DNA of 64,000 nucleotides from Scenedesmus sp. PABB004 (Eukaryota). Of the stretch, positions 54,841 to 64,000 are shown in pieces. The stretch spans positions 434,001-498,000 of the forward strand of contig JABVCE010000005.1 in the NCBI GenBank assembly GCA_014905635.1, given 5' to 3'. The translations under genes and the position numbers were made by a program. The notes below the pieces were generated by a model. It was not told the DNA's origin. It ran no database searches and was given only the letters and a program-made list of their open reading frames with translations. Every line of letters starts with the position of its first letter. Within the stretch, counting starts at the first letter, position 1.

Positions 54841-57101
54841 TGCGCGCGCGCTCAGCGGCCAGGCTCCCAGCGCGCCCAGCGCCGCCAGCGCGCCTCAAAG
54901 CGCCCCCGCAGCCAGCACGGCCCCGCACAGCGCGCCGCGCCCGCGCGCCTGCACGCCCTCGAGCTTGAGGTCCTTCTTGTCCAGCAGCCCCATGTCGGGC
55001 GTCTCGTAGATCTTGATCGCGCCCTTGGTGAGCCGCGCAAAGTACTTGTCCGCGTCGCCGCCGGCCCACTTGAAGAGCGGCCAGCGCAGCGCGCCGCCGG
55101 GGCCGGCGCTGCTGCCGACGGCGTAGTCGTCCATGTTGCCGCTGAACACGCGCAGCTTCTTGCCCGACCGACTGTCAAACACGTTGAGAAGGATCTGGGC
55201 GGGGGAGGGAGGGAGGGAGACGCGGCGGGGGGCACGGCGGTGGTTGAGGTCCAGGGTCGAGGGCTGAGGGCCCGTCCAGCGCGCGGGCGCGCGCCGCGCG
55301 CCGCCGCGCCGCCGCGCGCTCCGCCGCGCACGCGCACGTGCACACGTGCACGCGCGCGCCCACGCCCGCACGGTGCCGCGCGCACCTGGACCTTGTCGCG
55401 CGGGTTGTGCGGCTCAATGGATGAGTAGGTCATGAGGTAGCGCTCGCCCGGGCTGAACTCGACGAGCTGCACGTTGGCGTGGCCGTAGCGCTGCAGGCGC
55501 GCAAAGCCCGGCCCGCCCCACACCGCCACGCCCTGGCGGTGCATCGTCGCGAGCATGTTGCCGCGCGGCGACCACTGCACGAACGACTCGGTCCAGAACG
55601 TGCGCTTGTACGCCTCGTCCGCGCGGCAGCGCCGCCCGTCGTTCCACATGACCGCCACCTCGTCGGCGTACTTGATGACAAACTGGTCGCGCGCGTTCTT
55701 GTCGAGCATCCAGCTGTGCAGGCCCTCCTGCAAGGACGGCGCGCGGCGCGGCGCGCGCGGCGCAGGTGAGCGGGCGGCGGCGCGGTGAGCGGGCGGCGCG
55801 CGCGCGCGCGGCGGGCGCCATGCGGGCGCGGGAAGAAAACGGCAGGACGGGACGGGCGCCAGGCGCGTGCCTCGGGCGCGGGGCGGGAGCCCCGCGCGGG
55901 CGCGTGTTGTCAGCAGTGACCGGGTATCTAGGCCGGCTCTGAACCACAGCCAAAGTGAGCGTGCTCGTCACCGGCAGCGCGCGCCGCGTCCGCGCCGCCG
56001 CCCGCCGCGCGCCCGCGCGCCGCCCGCGGCCGCGCGGCAGCGCGGGCGCGCGCCGAGGCGCGCCCCGCGCGCCCGCCCAGCGCCGCCCCGCCGCCACGCA
56101 CCGCGGGCGTGTAGTCCTTGGCCTCGGGCGGCGCGTACTCGTCGGGCACCTTGCCGTAGCGGTCAAAGTCGTCAAACATGGACACCCTGGACGACCGCGG
56201 CCGCGGCGGCGGCGGGGCGGTGTGCGTCGGCGGCCGCGGCACGCCCCAGGAAGCGCGCGCGCGCGCGGGCTGGCACGGGCGGCGCCGCGGGACTCGCGGG
56301 CTCACTTGAAGACGTGGCTCTTGTCGAGCTGGTAGCCGTCCGTCTGCGCGCGCGCCGCCTGCGCCTCCTGGGGGCTGAAGAACTCGACAAACGCAAAGCC
56401 CTTGCTCATGCCCTTGCCGTCCTTGGGCATGAAGATGCCGCCTGCGGCGTCATCAGACGGGGGCGCGCGCGCGAGGCAGTTGGCCGACCGCGCCGCGCTG
56501 CGCCGCGCTGCGCCGCCCCGCGCCCGGCGCCCTCTGCCGCCGCCGCGCCGCTCGCTGCGGCCAGACGCGCTACCGCCAGCCAGATGCTTTCCCCAGTCGT
56601 CGCCGCGCCGCCAGCAGCCGCCCGCCGGCGCCGCCCGCCGCTGCCGCCGCGCGCCGCTGCCGGCGGAGCCGCCGCGCGGAGCTCACCCTCGCGCACGTTG
56701 CCGATCTGGCTGTAAATCTTGCGCAGCACGTTGGTCAGCTTCTCGTACTTGTCCTCGGGCACCACGGGCAGGCAGTCCACGACTGCGGCGCGCGGGGCGC
56801 GAGCAGCGCGGGGCGTGATGGCCCGCCCCCGCGCGGCCCCGCCCCCGCGCGCCGCGCTGCGTGGCGCGAGCTGCGGGACCCGGCCCGGGGCGCCCCGGGG
56901 CGCACCGATCACGGAGCCAAAGCCCGTCTCCGTCTCCAGCTCCTCCTCATCGTCCTCCCCGTCGTCGCTCTTGATGCCCATGTCGTCGCCATCGGGCAAG
57001 ATGAGCTCCTCCTTGATGAAGCCCTCGTAGGGAAAGCCGGGGGGCTGGTCCCTGAAGAGCTTGGCCGCCACCTCGTAGGGGTCGATGTCGGCGGCCGCCA
57101 T
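52705..57101 (-). CDS. eIF3b: Translation initiation factor eIF3 subunit B, multi-exon
   Basis: RRM VVDCLPVV...KGFAFVEF...LDKSH, WTESFVQWSPRG, YWHPQGDY, FAWEPRG, VEWDPTGRY, MENGF, WRPR. Confidence 0.96.
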
Positions 57102-57426
57102 GGCGCGGGCGCTGCGGGGGCGCGCGCGCGGGCTCGGCGTGGGGTAGGGAGTGGCGTGGGGCGGGCGTGGGGCCAAGCTACTCGCAGAGCGGAGCAGCAG
57201 CATGTCACATGACAACATGGCGGGCGCGAGCAGCGTGAGGCCCTGGGGGCTCGCCCTGGCTGGTCCACGACACCTGCCAAGGCACACGGTGGGCCGCCGC
57301 CGGCCGCCGCGGCGCCAACCGCTGCGCCGCAACCGCCGCCGCGCGCCGCGCTGCCGCGGCGCGGGGTGATGATAGAGAGTTGCAGGCAGTTGCAGGCCCA
57401 ACCCGCTCACGCACGCGGCGGGCCGC

Positions 57427-59049
57427 CTAGGCCGCCGCGGCGCGGGCGCCGCCAGGGAGCGCGGCGCTGGGGCCGACCGCAATCGCCATGCGCGCGAGCC
57501 ACGGCCCGATGCCGCTGTGCAGGACGAGGTCGTTGTAGGTCGGCGTGCCGCGCAGCGCGGAGAGCACGCCAAAGACGGCGAGGTCGCCGAGGTTGGGCGC
57601 GGCGCCGCCGAGGAAGGGGCGGCCGCGCAGCGCGGCCACCCACGCGTCCGCGTCGGCGTAGAGCGTCTCCCGCAGGTCCCCGGTGAGGCCGTACTTCTTG
57701 GGCATGCGCTGCCCGACCTGCCACATCAGCACCGCGCCCGCGAGCCGCACGCCCTGCTGCACTGGCCAGCTCCAGTGGCTCTGCCGCGTCATGTAGTCAA
57801 ACGTGCCCCACGACTCGCTGCGCGGGCGCGGGCGCGGCGGCGCGGCGGCGCGGCGGCGCGGCGGCGCGGCGGCGCGGCGACCGTCAGCCGGCGCCACGCG
57901 CCCCGGCGCGCCAGCGCGCCAGCGCGCGCGGGGCGTGCAAGTGCGGCGCGGCGCTCACTCCCAGCTGCGGTAGATGTTGGCGGTGAGGACTTTGACAAAG
58001 CGCTCGTCCACCCAGCGCCGCCAGCGCGCCTCCTCCTCCGCGTCCGCCTCGGCGCCCTTGCCGCCCTTGCCACCAAACCTGGCGGCGCGCGCGGCGCGGC
58101 GCGCGGCGGCGCTCGTGCCCGCTGCTCTTGCAGGGCCCGCGCGCGGTGCGGCACGCCGCGCCCCGCGCCGCGCACCCCGCGCGCCGCGCCGCGCCGCGCA
58201 CCAGCCCTTGCCGCCGGCCTTGCCCTCCACGGCGCGCAGCTCGGCGGCGAGGCGGGAGATGATGGCGCTGCTGTCGACCACGACCTCGCCGCCGTCGAGC
58301 CTGATGACCGGGACCTTGCGGTAGCTGCTCCACGCCAGCTCGCCCTTGGTCAGCGGGTTGACCTCCACCGTCGCGTACGGCAGCTGCGCGCGCGGCGGGT
58401 GGCGGCGGCGGCGCCGCGCGTCGGCGCGCGCGTGCAGGAAGCCTCGGCGCGGCCGCGCGGCCGCGTGCTGCGCCGCGCCGCGCGTGCGGCGCCGCGTGCC
58501 TTGTGGTAGTCTAGGAAGGCCTTGACCTTGCAGCAGAAGGGGCAGACCTCGTACTGGTACAGCGTGATGGACTTGGGCAGCGAACCCGTGGCCGCCGGCA
58601 GCACGTACGGGTCCGCCGGCGGCGCGGCCGCCTGCGATCGCACGGCGCGTGGCGCTCGCTTCGCCGCCCCTCGCTTCGCCGCCGCGCGCGCGGCCCCGCT
58701 GCCGGCGGCCCGGCCGTCCCCCGCCACGTGCAGCGCGCCAGCCCGCCCCCGCGCTCACCGCCGGCGCCGCGTCGGCCTGCGCAGCGCCGCCGCTCGCGGC
58801 GAGCGCTGCGGCGCCGCCCGCCAGGCCCACGGCTCCCCAGGCAGCCGGCCGCGACCACGAGGACTCGCTGCGGCCGCTGCGGCGGCGCAGGGCGGTGGAG
58901 CCCGCGCCTGCGGGGGCGGGCGCGGCACGCGATCCACCCCACCTGCCGCTGCTGAAGGCCGCTGCCGCGACGGGCAGCGCGCGCGTTGCAACGGGGGCGG
59001 CCGCGCGCAGCAGCGACGGCAGCTGCGCGGCGAGCGCGTGGCGCAGCAT
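57427..59049 (-). CDS. PTGES2: Prostaglandin E synthase 2-like glutaredoxin/GST protein with mitochondrial-type presequence
   Basis: LYQYEVCPFCCKVKAFLDY, VEVNPL, YRKVP, DSSAII, WRRWVD, PFLGG..PNLGDLAVFGVL. Confidence 0.92.
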
Positions 59050-59535
59050 GGCGTGTGGAGGCGAGCAGCGCCGGCAGCGGCGAGAGGCCGCGGCGGCGAC
59101 TGCCTCTCTTTGCAGCGGCGGCGAGAGCGGGGGCGACGCGGCAAGCGAGTATTACGTGTCAGCTGCACGCCCCGGGGAAGTGGGGGTGCCGGGGTCCAGC
59201 AGTCCAACAACACCCTCGCGTGTCTGCTGCTTGCTCACCAACCGACCCTACCCATGCCAGCTGCCACCCGCCAACCGACTCTGCCGCCCGCCTCCCTGCG
59301 GCGCGGCGCGCCGCCGCCATCCCGGTGCCCGCGCGCCGCCGGGGCTCCCCGGGCGCCAGCGCTGCGTCACTGCGCGCCCCTCACCACGCCAACACGCCCC
59401 CGCGCACACACGCGCACAAAAAACATGCAAGTTCTCCCCAAAGCCGCCGCCGCCGCCGCGCCAGCGGCGCCGTGCTGCGCCCGCCGTGCTGCGCCCGCCG
59501 TGCTGCGCCCGCCGCGCTGTGCCCGCGCGCCGCCT

Positions 59536-62500
59536 CTAGACCTGGGGCCGCGTCTGCACGACGTGTATGTTGCCGTCGGGGTCGACCACGCCCTCGATGT
59601 CCTGCGCGCTGCCCAGGGCGGCCTCGATCGCAGCGCCGACCTTGCAGATGTCACTGAAGACCTGCGGGCAGTGTGGATGGAGGGGGGGGGGGGGGGGGTG
59701 CACGTGGGTGCACGTGGGTGCACGCGGGTGCGCGTGGCGCGCCCCCGCCGCCCAGCCCAGCCGCGCGGCGCACGCCGCACGCGTGCGGCGCGGCCACACG
59801 AGCGCGCCGCACGCACACCGCACGCACGCCGCACGCACGCCGCAAGCGCGCACACGCCCACGCGCGCGCGCGCGCCCCCACGTACCTTGCGCCTGAACTC
59901 TGCGTCCGCGGTGATGGGGTCGTCGTTGTAGTCGACGCGCACGAGGGTGGTCTCGTCCATGGTGATGCTCTCGTACAGCCCCGCGCCCGCGTAGCCCTCC
60001 AGGTCCTCGCCGTTGGAGTCGGACCTGCGCGGCGCGGCCAGGCGAGCGGCGGCGCGGCGCGGGCGTGCGCGCGGCGCGGCGGGCCGCTCGAGGGGCGCGC
60101 GAGCGCCGCCGCGGCCCCAGCCCTCCCTCGCCGCCCTCCATCTCTCCTGCCTCCCTTTGACCCGCCAGCCAGCCGGCCGGCCAGCCGGCCGACGCGCCTG
60201 AAGATGAGCGAGTCGCGCACAAACATGCCCTCGCTCTTGCTCGCGTACGCGAGGGTCTCGGGGTGGTCCAGGTTGTCCTTGCGCGCCGCAAACGCGATGC
60301 TGCTCCCCGGGACCATGCCGCTGACCAGGCTCTCGCCCAGGCCCTTGACCAGCTCGCAGAACACCTGCGGCGGGGCAGCAGAGCGGGGGTTGGGCGGCGC
60401 CGCCGGCCGCGCCGCCACGCCCCTGACCCCGCAGCCCACCCTCCTCCTCCCTCCCGTCCCTCCCTGCCTCGCCGCCGCCGCGCCCCTCCCCGTCCCTCCA
60501 GCGCGCCCCGCGCCGCCCAGCGCCGCGCCGCGCCGCCGCGCCGCGCCACGCCGCGGTGCCGCGGACCTCGTTGGCGTCGTTGTTGGAGGGGTTTTTGGTG
60601 TGAATGACAAATGCGTAGCGCGCGGGCACGACACGCATGACGCACACCGCCATGCGCACGTCGTCGGCCTCGATGCCGCACTTGCGCAGGCTGTAGAAGG
60701 CGCGGTCGTTGTACTTGCTCGCCCACACGCCGCGCAGCGCGGCCAGCGCGGCGCCCCAGCGCGCCTCGTCCTCGGGCGGCGGGATGCCCGCGTCGGAGAG
60801 CGCGGCCGAGAGCTGCGACCGCAGCTCGGACGGGACCTGCCGCAAGCGCGCGCGCGCGCGCGCAGGAGGCGGCGGCCGCGGGAGTGGGCGGGCGGGCGCG
60901 CGGCGGACGCGCGGCAGCGCGGCGGGACGCGGGCGCGGGCGGCGGCGGCAGAGGCGGCAGCCGGGCGCACCTGGATCTGCATCGCCAGGTCGCGGCAGCG
61001 CGCCAGCAGCGCGGCGGGCCCGTCCGGCGGCGGCGCCGCGGCGCGGCCGTTGCCGTTGCCGTTGCCGCTGGCGGCGCCGGGCGGCGGCGGCGGCGCGAGC
61101 ACGGCGCTGCGCGGCAGCGACCGCAGCGCTGCGACGGTGCTGCGCAGCTCGTCGCGGATGCCATGATTCTCCGGCAGCTCCAGCGCCTGCGGCAGCCACG
61201 AAGGCACACGCGGCGCGGACGGGCGTCGGCTGGCGCGGGGGCCGGCGGCGCGCGCGCGCCGCACGGGGCCAGCGCAGCGGCGGCGCGGGGCGGCGCGGCG
61301 CCGCGCGGGGGCGCGCCTGCTCGAAGCTGCCAAACGGCACCGTGACGGCGGCGGGGAGGCGGATCCAGTCGGGGATCTTGCCGCGCAGGTTGGCGAGGTT
61401 CTTGCTCTTGGCCCCGACCACGCCCGCCTCAAAGCCCGACATGGGGACCACCCACTTGCCGCACCAGCGGGGGATGTCGATGGTCAGGTTCAGCACCTGT
61501 GGCAGGGGGCGGCGGCAGAGGAGGCGGCGGAGGCGGAGGAGGAGGGGAGCGTGGTTTGAGCGTGTGTTGGAGCGTGCGTGCGGGAGAGGGCGAGCAAGGG
61601 GGCCCGCCCGCGCCGCCCCCTGCCGCCCGCGCGCCGCCGCGCCTGGTGCGCGCCGGCGGTGCTCTCGCCCGCGAGCACCGCGCCGGTGAAGGCGTCGATG
61701 GACTGCAGGCTCGGCGACACCCACGTGACCGCGCCCGCGGCGGTGGGCTTGAACCGAAGGTACCTGGCGGGGCGGGGCGGCGGGGCGGCGGGGCGGCGGG
61801 GTTGGTTCAGGGTTTAGGGTTTAGGGTTAAGGCGGCGGCGCGGGCGCGCGAGGCTGCGCCCGTGCTGGCGCGGCCGCCGCGGCGCGGCGCGGTGCGCGAC
61901 CGCGGCGGCGGCGTCACTCACTGCCCGGCGGCGTCCTTGATGGTCTTCAGCGGCTCCTCCTCGTGGCAGGTGGCAAACAGGACGTGCATGTTGCGCGCGC
62001 GCACGCTGACGTGGGAGAGCACGTCGGGCGCGTCGGGCGTGAGCAGCCCCACCACGCCCTCGGGGATCTCCTCCTCGCCTGGGGGAGAGGGGTGGCAGGG
62101 CGGCGGCGGCGCAGGGGGCGCGCGGGCATTACTATTCGGTCGACTTCCCGAGCGCGGCGGCGCGGCGTGGCGGCAGCCCCGCCGCCGCCGCCGCCCCCGC
62201 GCGCGCGCGCGCGCGTGCGCCGCGGCGCAGGCGCGGGCGGGCACACGCACCGGTGACGTTGTGCACGACCAGGACGGTGGGCTCGTCGTAGACCTTGTCC
62301 TGCACCGCGCTCAGGTGGTCCACCACCTCCACCAGGCCCATCACCTCGTGCGGGCTGATCACCTGCGGTTGGTTGGTCGGGCCGGGAGAGAGGCGTGGGA
62401 GAGGCGTGACGCGTGTGGGAGCCGCGGGCGGCGGGCGCGGGCACGCGCAGCGGGGCGAGAGCACGGCACGCGCGTGCACGGCGCGGCGGCGGCGCGGCGC

Positions 62501-64000
62501 GGCGCACCTGCCACGCGCCGAGCTCGGCCGTCTGGCGCAGGCTGGGCTCGATGGCGCTGAGGACGAGGCTGATCGCAAACGCGGGCCCGCCGCGGACGAC
62601 CTCCTCCGCAAAGATCTCGACCGCCCAGGGGTCGCACTTGGCGGCGTTGCCGATCGCGGTCGCAAAGGGGCCGATCGTCGACACGATGCGGTCTGGCGAC
62701 CGCGTTTGGGGGGAGGCGAGGAGGGCGGCGGCGGGGGGGGGGGGGGAGCGCGCGCGTGCGGGGCAGTGAGCTCGGCGCGCGCGGCGGCGGCGGGCGCGCG
62801 GGGCAGGGGCGCGGGAGCCGCGCCCGGCAGCGGGGCACGTCGCGCGCGCCGCGCCGCACCCGACGTCTCGCTGAGCAGGCGGCGCACGCGGTTCAGCACC
62901 GCGACCGCCTGCAGCGCCTCCTCGCGGCTCGGGCGGCCGCCGCTGCGCACGCTGCCGGGCAGGCTGTTCCAGGCCTGGCGGGGGCAGGCGGGGGGGGGGC
63001 ACGTTGGTGGGGCGGGGGGCGGGGCGCATTGGTGGGCGCGCGCGGGCCGCGCCGCCGCCGCGCTGCTGCCGCCGCCGGCGCTGCCACACGCGCTGCTGCC
63101 GCCGGCGCTGCTGCCGCCGCCGGCGCTGCCACACGCTGCTGATGCCACGCTGCTGCTGCTGCCGCGCTGCCGCCGCCGCACGCGCTGCCGCGGCCGCCCC
63201 ACCCACCTTGAGGCAGAAGCAGGCCTCCTCGTTGTTGCCCTGGCTCAGGCACAGGTTCTGCAGCAGCGGGCCCATGAACGCCGCCGCGCCAAAGCCTGCG
63301 CGGGCGCGCGGCCGCGCCGTGAGCCCGCCGCGCGCGCGCGCACGCGCGCGCACCGCCCTCTACCGCCGCCGCCGCGCGCCGCAGCCGCGCCGCCGCCGCC
63401 GCCGCATCCGCACCCGCGCTGCCGACGCCGCGCTCTGCGGCGCCGCGGATGCTGTTCTCGAGCGCGACGTCGAGGTAGAGCAGGTCCCGGTTGCCGGCGA
63501 GGCTCGGCGCGATCTCGGTGCGCGCCTCGACCGCGGCCTCGAGGAAGGGCAGGATCTGGGGGCTGTTGATGTGCGTCGTCACGTAGCCGAGGTACCCGCG
63601 CGCGCCGCCGGGCAGGCAGTTGCCGACCGCCGCGGCCGAGGCCTGCAGGTCGGCGCCTGCGCGCGGCGCGGCGCGGGCGTGCGCGGCGGCGCGGGCGCGG
63701 CGCGCGCTCGGCGCCGCGCGCTCGGGCCGACGTGCGCTCGCCGGCGGACCGCGCGCTCCCAGCGCTGGGCGCGCGCTCCGGGCCGCCCACCCCCCAGGCG
63801 CCGCGCACCCGAGTGCACCGCCTTGAGGATGCCCAGGTAGTTCCTGAACTCCCGGATGAGCGGCTCCTTCTTGCCCGACCCAAACCACTCCGGCTCGCAC
63901 ACGATCGGGCGGTCGAACGACTCGAGCCGCTCCCGCGTGATGCCCGCGTCGCTCAGCACGCGCCAGTACGCGCCGCGGTCGCCGTTGGCCTGCGCGCGCG
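59536..64000 (-). CDS. GWD: Alpha-glucan water dikinase, 3' portion; gene starts beyond the window
   Basis: Phospho-His region PDVLSHVSVRARN, GEEEIPEG, VGAKS, VWASKYN, VKGLGESLV, FRSDSNGEDLEGYAGAGLYES, QDIEG...VQTRPQV. Confidence 0.95.
61806..61832 (+). repeat. Short interstitial telomeric-type tract (TTCAGGG TTTAGGG TTTAGGG TTAAGG) in a GWD intron
   Basis: Two perfect TTTAGGG units flanked by degenerate units. Confidence 0.75.

Noticed and set aside
1..64000. Hundreds of long overlapping Arg/Ala/Pro/Gly-rich ORFs in the six-frame track
   Set aside because: Expected from the scarcity of stop codons at extreme GC; they overlap recognisable spliced genes and carry no motifs

Overview
This is eukaryotic nuclear DNA: extremely GC-rich, gene-dense and full of short introns. 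The introns, a TGTAA-type poly(A) signal, TTTAGGG motifs, a starch dikinase, delta-tubulin and septins together point to a chlorophyte green alga (Sphaeropleales-like; inference). Most long ORFs in the supplied track are GC-driven shadows, so I assembled genes by hand across GT/GC-AG introns. About 25 protein genes, in order: a 5' gene fragment, COMT-like methyltransferase, LSm10-like Sm protein, EamA transporter, degenerate bZIP, OPA3-like, a kinase-less tandem Polo-box protein, VPS24, an RS-rich protein, an ankyrin protein, AP endonuclease, CENP-C, RsmE, an intronless bacterial-like ICMT/PEMT methyltransferase, a divergent GDPD, a GlpF/GIP aquaglyceroporin, two tandem septins, a TLC protein, CAND1, delta-tubulin, a cupin, eIF3b, PTGES2-like and the 3' part of GWD. 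No rRNA, tRNA, CRISPR array or autonomous transposon was recognised. Most notable observations: (1) two near-identical ~530-550 bp intergenic duplications, one direct and one inverted, each placing a copied terminator/promoter block ahead of a possibly newly arrived gene; (2) a 4-nt microexon that is required for frame and encodes the aquaporin selectivity-filter residue; (3) a 1385-aa Polo-box protein with no kinase domain and an altered phospho-binding pincer; (4) tandem septins with a likely gene-conversion tract and a switch-I Thr difference; (5) a frameshifted delta-tubulin; (6) an LSm10 homolog; (7) roughly 15% GC-AG introns. All family assignments come from recalled motifs; no database searches were run.
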